Positions 13,861 to 27,682 of a DNA stretch of 64,000 nucleotides are shown here, piece by piece. Source of the stretch: Perna viridis (taxonomy: Eukaryota). How positions within the stretch are numbered: position 1 is the stretch's first letter; each line of letters opens with the position of its first letter. The notes below the pieces were generated by a model, which was given only the letters and a program-made list of their open reading frames with translations, was not told where the DNA came from and did not search any database. The stretch covers positions 35,774,001-35,838,000 of the forward strand of contig CM074512.1 in NCBI GenBank assembly GCA_037379345.1. The letters run 5' to 3'. Position numbers and translations under genes: made by a program.

Positions 13861-15879
13861 TTGAAGGTGACATTCCATTGCAAGCCTTTGATAAATCTGA
13901 GCATGTACTTGAAATTAGACAATATTTTTCAATACATGTATTTAGAAACTGTTTATTACATAATGTGAATTTAAGAATGACTTGTATCCATCCAATAATC
14001 TTTAGGTGTAAATGATGTGTCAAACTTCGTCTGCCAAATTCATATTTTAATTGAGACCCTAGGGTCAAGGTACTAGAAATGGGAAAATGTTTTTTTTTTA
14101 ATTTTTTTTTGTTTAAGTTAATCGTACATGCAAATATTCATTCAAGAACTTTGCAGATCACTTTTTAGACAGAAAAAAAAATGCTGAATACAAAACATAC
14201 TGAAAGACAACAATACACAGGAGCAGAAAAAATCCTTCAACTTTGCTAAGTTCAAAGACTGTGTAGTGCAAAAAGGCAATGACAGAGAACAATGAAATGC
14301 TTGCTTTAAAGAAAACTTAAAGAAAATTTTTACAGTGTGACCTTCAACTATCACCTGAAATAAAAAAAAATGATTCCCATTTTTTTTTTTTATTCAATGA
14401 TGACTTATTTGCAAATCCTTTAATAAGTAAACCAATTGTGAATGTGCACAGGGAGAGCAAGACATAATTGTTGATTTAATCTAATTAGCAAGAAATTCCT
14501 TTTCATATGAAAGGAAAGTAGTTCCAAACATTTTGCATGGTTATATCTCTTTGAAGTGTTATGAAGGCAAAAAAATATTGTTAAACCTTTGGGAATTGAA
14601 AATAATGTTTATCAAATAACATAAACTTGATGAAATGTGTCAAATGAAAATTGATACCTGCACGATATTACAGAACATTAAAATTCAGAGGCAGATGACT
14701 CGTAAACAGGAAGTGGATTGGTGACAAAGACACAAGTTGTACACCCTGTAAATCTGTACATTCAAATGTAGTATATTGCAGATCAATACCAAATTTCAAA
14801 TCATCTCAAAAAAAGTTCCAAATTTATATGTAAAATTAATGGGACAGATTTTAATATAAATTTTACATACAGACAGATAGCAGTTGAAAAATTATGCCCA
14901 ACACCTAATGAAGACGGCAGAATTTTCCTTTTTTCCTTGAACAATCATCAATAGTTAGAAGCCAATACCACCTCTCATTGTATGCATATTTAAGTAGTAC
15001 AAACCTAATTAACAAGCAAGTCCAAAAAGGAATCAAAGGTCCAATGCAAGAATACTCTGATGGACTCACTCCATGCGTTCAAAATGTGAAACCACAGGAA
15101 AATTTTAGTTCAATATCTGCCTACTGCATTTGAAAGTTTTGTACAATATTTTTCTGCTTGACTGAGATTGCATATGATTATTTTTTTTTCAGAACCACTA
15201 ACAAGTCACAAGACATTCATACTTTCTAAAAATAGAACAAAAAATCTTCACACTTGTTTGTGAATATAATAAATCATGAGTATCACATGATGAACTTTTA
15301 TTGAAGAGGAGGTGGTACACTACAGTTAAATGCCCCTGATGGTATATCATTCTTTTTAACATAGATATTCAAATTGTTCCAAAAATAATGATGTTGGATG
15401 TACATACTTTGGATTTTGACTTGTTTTCCTTGTTCCTTTATAAAAACTTAAATTCCTGTTCCATTTCTATTGAACATGTTCCTATGAATTACCTCCCCTT
15501 TGAAAGAGACCTTTAAAACATGATTCTATGTATACCAATTTTTTTTATTTATTTTTATTCTAAAGATAATTTTTTCACATCATATCAAACACTATTTACT
15601 CATTGAAAATTCACGTCAACACAAATTTGCAATAAGAGTAACAAAAAGATGCTCAGTGCAACAAAGTTGAAAAGGAAAAATTGAAGTTTTTATTTCCATA
15701 TATTAGGTAGACCAATGATGTATCCTGTTAAGGTTCCAATATTTTATTGTGTTTTCTTGTTTACAGCAGGTGTGCATCATAAAATGGAATGGATTAAAAT
15801 AGTGTATTTCTTTTCATCCCTTTACAAATGAAAATAAACTTTGACTTATAATATGGAGAAACCACCAGACATCATGAAG

Positions 15880-16310
15880 TATGGAACGCCTAAACTGTCT
15901 GATGAGATACACATTTGTTTACGTGTTGTCAACTTTATATTACTTGCTGTGGTTTTATAATTACATGTGGTCATTTTGTATTTACGTTATGTAGGAACAT
16001 CTTTACATTATGTCATTTTGTTTTTATGTTCTGCCATTTCGTCTTTACGTTCTGTCATTTCGTCTTTACATTCTGTAATTTTGTCTTTACATTCTGTCGT
16101 TTTATGATTACGTTATGTCAACATATATTTACATTATGTAGATTTATCTTTATGTGTAGTGGTATTCTTATAACGTGAGGTCGTTTCGTCTTTACATTAT
16201 GTCGATCTCTAAATACCTTATGTGCATTTTCTGTTCTTTACATGCAGTGATTTCTTCTTTACGTGATGTGGACAAAAATTTCATGATAATGTGTGACCCC
16301 GGAACTTTCC
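15880..16310. repeat. Degenerate 21-bp tandem repeat (about TTCGTCTTTACGTTATGTCAT), probably the interior of a non-autonomous DNA element
   Basis: The 7-residue periodicity in ORF 15915-16178 (FVFTFCH)n reflects a 21-nt unit. Flanks TATGGAACGCC and GGAACTTTCCG loosely resemble TIRs. Confidence 0.6.
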
Positions 16311-16916
16311 GATCCGGTGTAAATTTCAAATCAGTCCATAAAAGGCAAAATAGATACCACAACACCGATTAGAAAAATGCTGAACGAAATACACTTGGGT
16401 AGTCTATCCAGTCACCCTAGAGTAGGAGGACTGAGTACTGCAGCAAAGAATGGTCTCAGAGATCAACTTACAGAAATAAAATTTTAAAAAGGCTAGTATC
16501 ATAAAATAAACTATGGTACCGTTTTCTCTATAAGTTTTCATTATGATATATGTAGTACATGTATTTCACTTTATACAATGCTTTTTACTCTGATTCTAAG
16601 CCTCATCGGCCTCTTGTTTTTATTTCAAGTATATACACTGTTGTCTGTATAAAAGTCACCCTTAAGAACTGGTTTTCCTAAGTTAATAAACATTTAGACT
16701 ATGTAGATGTCAAAACACATTTCAAGAACCAGTTGTATTCATGAAAAAGTTTATGCATGCTTAACTTTATTGCAGTTTTAATGAGGGCAGGCAAATATTT
16801 TCATCATTCAATATAATACACCACCTTGTTCTATGGACAAGTCAGGATTTCAAGAACTCCTCTTTAAATCTGCCTTAATAGGATAAAGAATCAATTCTGA
16901 GCTTTGTCATTTCCAA

Positions 16917-17072
16917 CAGTGTTAGAAACTTAATTTTTGGTCAACACAGACCCATCATAATTTTATGTAGACTGCACAGTAGATTTTAAAGGAAATTGAG
17001 CAAATTTCATCATAGACCTGCTTGATTTTACATAGACTCGGGCCGTAGGACTACTGTTAATTTCTTTCACTG
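16917..17072. mobile_element. hAT-type MITE, 156 bp
   Basis: TIRs CAGTGTTAGAAACTTAA / TTAATTTCTTTCACTG, with a perfect 8-bp target-site duplication ATTTCCAA at 16909-16916 and 17073-17080. Confidence 0.85.
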
Positions 17073-17734
17073 ATTTCCAACAGAAAGATTTTGAGTAATG
17101 CATGTTTCAGATCCCTTATATACATAGTCATTTTAAAGACATTCCATTTCTCATTTTTTCAGATTGTGATTATTTAGATCTTATATGAGATTTTCTATAT
17201 ACAAGTATATATATAAATATCTCTGGCTGTAGTTTTGATTAAAGGAGACACACATTTAACACAGGCTGTACATATGGATAACTTGTGTTATTTTTGTTAC
17301 TTTTCTAATGTGCCTAACCCTCAGATATAACATTAACCTACAAATCTTACATACTTAAATTGCATCCTATCTTAAAACCTCCTTTTATATTCATCCTTTT
17401 CCCAAAGGACCAAAAGTTTCAGTTAATTATCCAACTCCTTCAGAAATTATGCAATTCAGGGTACAACAATGAAGTATTTTTTCTGCTTTGTTAGTTCTTA
17501 TTTGCATCAATGTTCAAATTTCAAACCTCATAAGGATGTAAGTAGTTCATAGAAAGTGTGAATGACATTGGTGCATTTTTCAGTTGCATAAACTTATATC
17601 ATGTGAGAGAATCAGATATCATTTTATTCAATACAAACATCAAGTCCATGTTATAATAGAAGATGCTAGCCTTGAGTGTTAAAAGATTAAGTCACTGAAC
17701 CCAGTGAAAATTTTAATCAGTGGCCAATATATTA

Positions 17735-18047
17735 ATTGATTGATTGACTGATTGTGATTAAATATTGTATGGTAGATATTTTATGTCCAACAGAACAAGA
17801 ATATTTATTCAATGAACAAGATCCTGCTTTTTACTAGTCTGAAACACCAAGTTGAATTCTTGAAGTGCTAACACACAGAAGAATGAGACTGTAGGTAAGT
17901 ATATCACCCCATTTGGACACATTCTTTAGACCCGAGTCAATCTACTGTCATTCTATCTTCAATATGTCACGTGCTTTGCAGCAGCTACCAACTTTGAAGT
18001 CTACAGTATGACTACACCAGAGATCAAATCAATGACCTTCTGTACAC
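17735..18047 (-). mobile_element. Degenerate tRNA-derived SINE of a bivalve type
   Basis: Plus strand has a (GATT)n tail at about 17735, a body '...tactagtctgaaacaccaagttgaattcttgaagtgcta...ggacacatt...' resembling common mollusc SINE cores, and a decayed B-box region at about 18015-18040. Recognised from memory. Confidence 0.55.
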
Positions 18048-19411
18048 AGTAGAAGGGGTTCACAAAAAAGGAAAAAGTGATTGTACCTTCTGAAAGTATT
18101 CTTGGAGAAAGAACTGTAATATCATTTTTTCATGAAAAGCAATCTAATGAGATAAGATTCCAAGGCTATGGAAGATTTCCAGATTCAAGGATTTTCAGAC
18201 ATAGATCCAAGTCTTTTACTGCTTCGGACTACAATTGCAAATTTTACTTGTTTTCTAACAAATTGTAATTGGGTATAACTTGCATAGAAAGATGTGGAGT
18301 TATAACAGTAATTGGAAAATTCACTTGCTTCTGAATACCTTTATCCAGCAGCTACTTTAAAGAGTTGGACCCCATAGCTACAGGAGCCCTATCTTTCCAT
18401 CATAGTTTTACATGACTTTAATTCATATGTGTGAGGTCCTTGTTTTTTGCATCATCCATTGAAAGGGCTATTTCACAAGCAAAAAGACCATTTAGAATGC
18501 AGCAGACCCCAACATCTTTTTCCTACGATCATTATGTTAGGGAGGGGGAAAGAGAGAGAGAAAATTAATTCAATTAGAAGTATATTTTGCACTTTAATAA
18601 GAAATCAGTAATGGGTTTTCCACTCTTCCTCCATAAACCACAAACATGAAAGGTGTTTGTTAGAACTAATATATCAAAACAAGATGACAGGTATTTGTAT
18701 GAGATCAGACACTGTCTGATCAAATATATTGGTTCCAATATCCACCACTGTCCTAACAAAAAGAAATAACTTGTCAAACTATTCCGCAGAGCTTTGGTTT
18801 ACTCCTAGATATTAGTCCCCTATCTAAAGACTAAGATATTCTCAACATAGGCCATAATAATGCAAGTCAGAAAATATCTGTAGTATAACATTCTTTTAAG
18901 TGACTTACACGATTCTCACATGCTTTAGATATTTTGCAAACTTCAAACAAGACCTACACCTTTCCTTGGCGTGTACTTTAAAGTAACAAGCTGACATGTT
19001 ACACCATAACATGGCATGCACTAAGAAACATGACAGGATGACAGTAACATGTTGTAGAAGTAAACGTATCCATATACCATTGTTTGAATGTTGGTTTCAT
19101 TTTGGACAGGAAATAGAAAATATTTCTTTGTCAAAAATATACTAGTCTAGAGTTTTTGATCACATTACTCTGGCTAAATTCTATGGAACTTCCCTTGAGA
19201 GTTACTAGTCTAGAGTAATAGATTTTTGACAACGTAACTCTAGCTCAGTCCTAAGGAATTTAATATGCTGGTTGTGTAAGAGATGTAGTTAATATGCAAA
19301 GTAAAGGCTAATTAATTATGAAAAGAAAGTCATATTCTTACTTTGTAGAGTGACTGGAGAAGCAGCACAACGTATGTCATATTACATTGAGGTCATGTGC
19401 AGCACTATGCA

Positions 19412-20571
19412 ATAAGAGCTATAGAAAAATGCATTTAATTTTTGAAAGATCATAACATGATGAACATAATTTACACTGACGGACAGGATGGTGTGGACCA
19501 ATGTTTGTAGAAACTATCACATAAAAAAAATCTGGACAGGCCATAGAAAAGTACGAATAAAAATCAGTATGCACCACACCCCTATCCACAAAAAATGAAA
19601 TCTGTGAGTGATGGGTCACTAGTGATACCCCCACCTTCAATAACGATATAAGAAAAATAAACACAGTCCTCAAATAAACAAATTCCACCATTAATTGGAA
19701 GTTGTTGTTGAATCTACTAAAAATGGCATAGCTGAATGAAGAACGTGGCCAGAGAAAAGTGCAGACAAAAATCTGTTTGCATCATCTATGACCCCCCCCT
19801 CTCAAAACAAAAACAAAAACAAAAGAAGAAATCTGTGAGCTATGGGCCACTAGAGATACTAGTGATAACCTTGCTTCCAACACTTTTCCATAAATGGATC
19901 CCACCATATGACATACCTACAAAAAGAGTGCATTAAAATTTCAACCCCCTGTAATGAGTAGTTGTTGAGAAAACTGTGACAGAAAATATGGGTAAGTTCA
20001 ACATGCTAAAAAGTAAGAGAAATGAATCTAATTTCTCAAAAAAATAGGAAGTGCATATATTCAATATGTATGTAAACACTGTGCAAAGTTTGAATAATAT
20101 TGGTTCATTATTTGTTCAGTTACAAATTACATGAAGTAGGCACCATTCACAACTAAAAGTGACAAATACAACTAGGTTCAACATGCCAAAAATATACAAA
20201 AATAGAAAATAAAGGAGGTGCACATCATCAATAAGTATATAATCCATGTGTATAGTTTGAGTGATAATGGTTCAATATTTATTGAGAAACGGATTACACA
20301 AAGGTACCATTCACAACTAAAAGTGACAAAAATAGCTCAACATGCCAAAAACATAGGAAAACATTAATCAAATTTCTCCATAATAGTAAGTGTACATCCT
20401 CAATATATATATATAATCACTGTGTAAAGTTTGTATACTACTGGTTCAATACATTGTAAGTTACTGGTTACACAATGTAGGTACCTCTTACTATGGTGTC
20501 TACTACACAGATGGACAGGTGGAATTGAGCTGCTACTAAAGCTGCTGTCACCGTTGGTGGCGAAGATAAAA
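19412..20571. mobile_element. Decayed HINE-like element(s) with internal 160-270 bp repeats
   Basis: Three related units start 'ttcaacatgc' (about 19997, 20176, 20336) and two start 'aatctgtgag..atggg.cactag' (about 19599, 19830). A terminal stem-loop followed by an A-run lies at about 20545-20571. The left boundary is uncertain. Confidence 0.45.
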
Positions 20572-23500
20572 ACAGAAACAAACGATATGAACATAGGTAT
20601 AACAAAAAAAATATGAACAGGAAAATGTTTCTTTGACCTTAGAAGAAAAAATTTCACCAGAGCAGTCTTATAGACCAATTTAATATTGTAAACTGAGTGA
20701 GCAACTGAATGGGAAAATAGAGTAAATGGTTGAAGTCGTGGTTTCCTTGATTAAAAAATACTACAAAACTGAAAGAGTTCTATAAATACTATAAGGATAT
20801 CAAAACTAGGACTTTTTTTTAATATTTTCTAAAAAACACATGACATAAGGTGACAGAGTTCTAACATGGTGATGTTTAAAGATAATCCCACTTTCCATCA
20901 AAAAACAAGATTTTCAGACAATGATACTTTGTTAGGTCTTAAGATGTCACTCTGTTGCGTATTACCAGAACTCATCCATTAAATCATTGGGAAGATAAAA
21001 ACGATTACTGGTTTCAGACCAATCAAGCCACTGATATTACGCAATCCTGTGAATAATTAACAAATCGATAAAATGCCATCATAATTTAAGGACTTGAGTT
21101 TTATCCTGCGGCAAATTCTGTCATTTAGAAAGTTTCAGAAGCCCTTGCAATGTGTCAGAAATACAAATCGATTGTCTGAGAAGATTACAACTTCTACTTA
21201 AAATCATGCATGACAAAATCATATTTACTGCAGTGACAAAATTGTACATGTTAAGTAACACTTAGCTAAAAAAATCTTTAAACTGATAGAAATAAACAGT
21301 GACCACTAAATTTAGGACGGTACTATCATTTTGTTATTCCTTCATTGAAATCTCAGAGACTGATTTCATAAAGTAAAAAATCTGTGAACACTAAATTGAC
21401 ACCCCAAATCCCCTATTTGAGCACATGCACCTTTTGCCCTCAAACTTGATTTTGATCAAAACCTAAAATAGAAAGTGCTGTCAGAAATCATACAAATAGA
21501 TGTAACAATATTCTGTGCCATTACTATATTCCATTGTATAATGCCAGAACCTAATGATGTAACCCTGCATTGAGAAATTATAGAAGTCAAAAACTATAGT
21601 ACAGTTTTGTATCTTTAATCCATGACACAACACATATTGTATCACAGCTATATCCAAGGATATCTAATGTAAAATTTTACAAAAAAAAAAAAAATTCCTT
21701 TGTCTAACATTATTGAAGCTTTAAATGTCAGTTTTTTCAAATGTTTCAAATACCCCACACAAACCCACTTATATTTCTTGTATACAGATGGTACCTACCA
21801 AGCCAACATCCTAGCAGCATTTGTAATGGGGATTTACAGAAAAACATTTTGACTCTAAATTGATCCTTGATTTTAATTTCTATTTATGACTGTCATAATT
21901 ACATTTTAAATATACATTGAAATATCCCACAAACATTTTTTTTTTGCTTCCAAGTTTCTAATGTTTCATTGGTTCCTTTCAATGCATCAGTTTTTAAAGG
22001 TTTGAAATCAATAAAATAGCTAGTTTTAAAATGGAACAATTATTCTCAATAACCAAATAAAGGATCGTAAAGTGCACGAATCCTAACTGAACCCAAACCT
22101 TCCACAATTCATTTAGGTTAAGTTTGTTAATTGCTTGTCAATAGTCAATGGACATTTACAAAGATAAAACTGTAATTTTCTAAAATTTTCAAGTACTTCT
22201 TTTTTCAGCTTGTTCATCAAGAAAGGACTCTTAAGAAGCATAGTACTGAAACTCCAAATGACGTAATTTTTTCTACCCGGTAATATAATTTTCAATTTTC
22301 TCTATTTAACAATAGACTTCCTGCCAAGTGGTTGCCAGGCATGTTAAATCTAGGATCAAACGGAACTTATTCGTTGAAAGCCGGACCTGAATGACATCAT
22401 CACGTTTGTAAGGAGGTATAACACAGACGAACCTCTTTAATCAACATGTCTACATGCAATCTCGATAAAATGTTTACATCTGCAAGGCTTCACCTATCAA
22501 GACCTTTGCATGTTGTCAATTTTTCTAAACAAGTACAAACCTATTAATCTGTACACATTTACAGATACGCCTACATTCATTGGATAATGAACATAAATTA
22601 ATGAAATATCAAAGAATGATTGACCAACAGTGTACATTAAATTTGAGACACATTCAAAGTTCATTGAAATATGGCCATAAATATTTATTTTTTTGTCATT
22701 GAAATAAGCAATTGAACCAGGTATATGTAAAGAAATAAAATAATAGACCTTGAAAAATAGAGATTTTCTTTTGCATAGCAAAGCTTTTTCTTATCAAATA
22801 ATAGAAGTTTTTTAATACAAGGCCATAAAAAATGTTTACAAGCACATTCTTTACAGAAATAGGGTAAGTAGGCCATCACTTTCATTTTATTTTATTTATT
22901 TTTCTTTGGGGCACAGGTTTCACCTTTACATCAACCAAACCAATAGTCAAGGCGTACAATTTTACCGTCCACTTTCTGATGGTACTTTTTCTATACATCC
23001 ATGTTTATTATAAGTCTAATAGAAATCCTAGAAATAACAGACTTGCTCTCCAAGGGACAATTTCTATTTAAGTTCAACGCTATAATGCTGGTGGACATGA
23101 CTTATTGTTCACAGCTCAGTGGCAAATATGGGTTGATGAACACCAAGTTACTTTTGCCATGACATTTGCTGAGGCATTTAGAGGGGACTAAGTAAAAGCA
23201 TCATAACTATTTGGACTACAGATAAAATGACTTTGGATTGGGGCGATAAATAGGGTCGACTGGGACAGACACTTTTTTAAATCTCCACCCTCCCCTATCC
23301 AGAAACAAGTCAGAAATTGTTCGGATTGAAAAATAAAATAGGAGGTGTGTAATGGCATCATGTGATAAATGAGCGTAAATTTCTTTGGTTTTAGAGGGGT
23401 TTCCAATTAGTAAATGGTCCCACTTCAGTACACAAAAGTCAGTGTTTGGTATCAAGGAACCTAGAAAGTAATTAAAAATATAGAATCAAATTACAATTTA

Positions 23501-24383
23501 GTACTTTCTCTATGTTCTTCCTAAAGGACTCAATAAAGCAACAATACTCTGGTACATTGCGCCTTGTGCTATTAACTTCCTTTTTTAACCACAAAAAAAA
23601 TCACATGCAATTGTACCGAAATTCTTAAATATACACCTGGAACCCTTGCAACTATCAGACAGTGGTGATTAGTTTTCTTACAGTACTCCCAATCTGCTAC
23701 AAGATTTACCAGTGCCAGTTAGTTAAAACCCCATAAAGAGTGGAATCCGACATAAAAATTAATTTTTGATATTCTTATTAATGACAGTTTGAGAACAGTT
23801 CATGATATTGTATTGAGAAACTTTGACAAGTGTAATCACTGAACCAGATAATGCACACTGATTCAAGTATACCAACTACTGCTTACTGTAGAATGAATAG
23901 TAACCTTGTACCCCAAAAATAGCTTTGTTGAGTAACTAGTAGGTCCTTAACTCTCATGTTTTCTGTACTTTAGCAACCAACCAACTTCAAACTAACTAGA
24001 TTGAATATTTTTAATGTACAGTAATATAAGCCAACAGGCTATCAAAAGACAGCCAATGTTTAAGTATTACCGACTACATTTTTAGGACTTAACATATTGC
24101 TCCATATAATAATACATGTGTTTGCATTATACATGTACATGTAAGAAACATGGCATACCTACTAATGTAACAAGATATAAAACTCATGTTTCCAGTCAGT
24201 TTAAGGTCAATGTACTCCCAAACAGTTGGAGTGCGGAAACTCTCTCAGACTTACATGGGATCTGGTTGTAGGACAGAGAATCAACAGAGCAGCCCAGCTG
24301 CTAGTAAGACATACTCTCAGTGATTTTGTTACTTTTTTTCAAAGCATCCTCCTCCCTTTTTAATAGGAAAATTTGCACCAAAG

Positions 24384-24603
24384 TGAAGTTAAAATAATTA
24401 GAAAATGTCCATCAGACAAACACCAAAAGAGTAATATTTCTGTATGTAAATAATACCTGTATAAAACAGAGAGAAATATTTAAGTATACCAAACTGTCCT
24501 TCATCAATTAATCAACAAAATACAAAAGCAGCAGTCGAAGTCCCAATACTAGATACAGTTCACAATAATAAAATCAAACTTTCTTGTCATACAAACATCT
24601 TGA
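24384..24603 (+). repeat. About 220-bp segment duplicated at 27373-27806; this is the empty-site copy
   Basis: Direct alignment TGAAGTTAAAATAAT.AGAAAATGTCCATCAGACAAAC...CATACAAACATCTTGA. This copy has one TTAA (24480-24483) where the other carries an insertion. Confidence 0.9.
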
Positions 24604-25673
24604 ATTAGATACATGTATACAATAAGGTTTCAATTGACAGGACACTTATGAAGGGTTAACTGACCTCTATTCCCAAAGGTAGTTACATACAAAAGCTAAC
24701 AAACAAAATGACAGTTTTCTGTAGCAAGCACATTTTTGTCTCATTGTCACCAAATTGGGTAAAAATATGCAGACAATGATGACAGTGCCAAAACAAATAA
24801 CATATACAAACAAATTATAATTGTATGTAAAATTGATTCATTGTTTTAAATATTAAAGAGAACAATTAAGTTTGATCTTTGTTATAATTCACTTTAGAGT
24901 ACAGTTTCACTTTGTTAACTAAAGAATCATTTTTCTGTCTTTAAGTCCCTTTAACATTTCCACCTGTTTGTCTAGGTCTGCATTTGCTAGCTCTTCATTT
25001 AAGTCCTGTGACAAATTCTCATGATTGCATTAAAGTTTGTTTATGTAAGCTGGTTTCTTTTAACAGTTAGACAATCATACAAACAGTTTACTTTGGATAT
25101 TTGGAGAAAAAAGGTTGGAAAAGTTTCAATGATTGAATTTGACATGTATCTGATTCATGTAGTCAGGTACCCTTGGCTGGAACACACTTAGTAAAAACAT
25201 TAAAATGAAACAGATGAGTAATGCTAAAGGTCAAATGGTTGACATGCAGACCAGTATACCTCAACATAAAAAGCTGCATTTTGAAACTTTTCAACTGAAA
25301 TTCTAATGGCACAGGATTCATAAGGGGTGGTTTATTTACTGCAAGTTTCTTCATTTTTGATTGAGGAGTTTCAATAAGATCATCTGATTCACAAACACTG
25401 AACTGATTGGAGCAAAATGTAAACATGTTTAAAATAATGCCATCAACAATTTTCTGTACAATCTTCTTTGTGTCACTTTTATCACTACTTGTAGATGGGG
25501 TTGTACAGAGTAAGTCCTTTATGGTTTTAGAACCTGCTGCATCATGTTTAGTTTACTTTTTGGAATAGTATAATTTGTGTTATGAGACATGTTTCTGCCT
25601 CCAGAAATATTCGGGTAACACGTATTATGGCGTGAAACGAAGTAAAGTTGAATTTCCGCATGGAAAATCATAC

Positions 25674-25800
25674 CTGCGCCAACTTCGGACCAAAAATAAA
25701 CGATATCTGAATCTCGTGAGCGCTTCAGGAAACAAAAATTAGAACCACAACGCTTGAAATCTAAGCAGAAGCTTTTCTTTTCAAAAGTAAACAATCAAAT
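25674..25800 (-). other. Candidate 5' exon with donor CAG|GTATGA
   Basis: Donor lies inside a CpG-rich patch (about 25610-25755). The 5' boundary is unknown. Confidence 0.3.
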
Positions 25801-26682
25801 TTTTACCAGTGTTACATTCTGAGGTAAATTAAGGCTAACAAAATCAATGACTCTGACAGAGCTCTTCGGTCAGGTATCCTGATGGCTGGGCTTCACTACT
25901 TCCATCTACTAAAAGACAACTAATAGAATCCTTGTAAGGGGTGGTTGTGTGAGAACTGCAAGGATAGCCAAGACTGTAACAAAACCCATAGAACAGTTTA
26001 AGATTGGTTAAGTTAGATTTAATAACCGAGCTTCAAAATGTGACCATAAAAAGATAAAAAGAATTTTTTTTCCTTTACAAGTAACCCAGAGATATTTAAG
26101 AAGTTTCCTCCTAAATCATATCAAAAGCTTATAACTTTGAAATTTAGAAAAAACAAAACTATGACCATAAAACTGTATATAGATTTAAGAATTGATTAAT
26201 TTCGGGGGCAAACTTGGTCTGAAGAAATATTTTCTAAATACCGGGTATGCAAAATAAAATCTTTTATTAGGAACTTCATACACTTTTCCCTGATTTTTTC
26301 CATCTTGAGCTTCTGCCATGATTGTAAAAAAATATTTGCAATTTTATACGACAACACTATGTCAACTTAACTGTGACTGCCCATAAACAGAATTAAGTAT
26401 TTAAATTAAAATTTACATTATTGACAACTAACATTAAGGCAACAACTGCTGAAAAAAGGTCTATGTATATATAAAGACATTGCTTACAGACTAAATATAC
26501 TTGGAAATTGTTTTATACCACATAGTGTACCTAAATATCAAAACTTCGGTGGATTTGCACTAATGAAATCATACCACTTTATTGCAACATTTCCATATTT
26601 AACCACATTTCAGCAACTTGATAGTTTCAACTTTCAATATTTATGAGCATGATCTCATTAATATTCATAAAGTATAACTCAC

Positions 26683-26945
26683 CTTGCCTTAGATCTCTAA
26701 TCCAAAAGAAAAAAGTCCAAGAGGTACTTTTCCAAAGATGTAAAAACAAACAAACCAAAAGACAATAAATAATGGTCAAACACTTGTGTATGACGTAATA
26801 AGAAAACAGTATGACAAATCTGCTGCAGGTCAAGGTGTCGGTAAAAACTTAAATGCAAGTTCAAAAGAGACGTGAACGTGTAGTAATACAAGAGTTGGAG
26901 CTTAAACAATCCATCTTCCTATGACAGATTTCTAACGCACCGAGG
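26683..26945 (-). other. Candidate non-coding 5' exon with perfect donor AAG|GTGAGT
   Basis: Consensus donor at 26683/26682, CpG retention at 26790-26945, and ATGACGTAAT at 26790-26799. Confidence 0.4.
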
Positions 26946-27189
26946 ACAGATTTAAAGTGTGTGTTTGTACAATAGGAGAATGGAACACATTATGACTCAG
27001 TACTGACTGAAGTTCGGACTTCAAGACATTCAATCACATATTACATAACAGGCACTAAATGATTTGTTGAAAAGAAACAAAAAGTCAAAGAGGGGTGAAA
27101 TCACTCATTTCCATATTTAAATCAGCCAGACTCAACCAAATAATTAGAGTATGAATGCCTGTTTCTGAGACAATTATGTCTAAATAAAA

Positions 27190-27401
27190 AATTAGCAAAT
27201 GTCCATGTAACAGAGCAGTGATCCAGCATTCGATACAGATCATGAAGTTAAAATAATTAGAAAATGTCCATGTAACAAGGCAGTGATCCAGCATTCAATA
27301 TAGATCATGAAGTTAAAATAATTAGAAAATGTCCATGTAACAAGGCAGTGATCCAGCATTCAATACAGATCATGAAGTTAAAATAATCAGAAAATGTCCA
27401 T
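27190..27401 (+). repeat. 65-bp tandem repeat, about 3.3 copies
   Basis: Units start at 27190, 27255, 27320 and 27385 (AATTAGAAAATGTCCATGTAACAAGGCAGTGATCCAGCATTC...). Confidence 0.9.
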
Positions 27402-27470
27402 CAGACAAACACCAAGAGTAATATTTCTATATGTAGATAATACCTGTATAAAACAGAGAGAAATATTTAA

Positions 27471-27682
27471 GGAGGTAGACTTTGGGTAAGAGACACAACT
27501 CTTAAAAATCATTGGAACGTTTGTATTCAACATTTTACATCAATCTTATGTAAGCATCTAATTAACCTGAATTCATTTTATTCTGCTTCAAACAAAAGCT
27601 TGAGAGGCTTTGGTGAAATTCAATATAATGCAAACAAATCACTGACTTCATGAGTTATGTCCCTTACCCTAGGCCTACCTCC
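27471..27682. mobile_element. Kolobok-like MITE, 212 bp, TTAA target
   Basis: 31-bp imperfect TIRs: GGAGGTAGACTTTGGGTAAGAGACACAACTC versus reverse complement GGAGGTAGGCCTAGGGTAAGGGACATAACTC. Flanked by TTAA (27467-27470) and GTAA (27683-27686). The paralogous empty site at 24480 has one TTAA. Purine-purine termini plus TTAA fit Kolobok rather than piggyBac. Confidence 0.85.

Noticed and set aside
18150-18540. Coding-like decayed minus frame
   Set aside because: Many stops and no recognisable motif.
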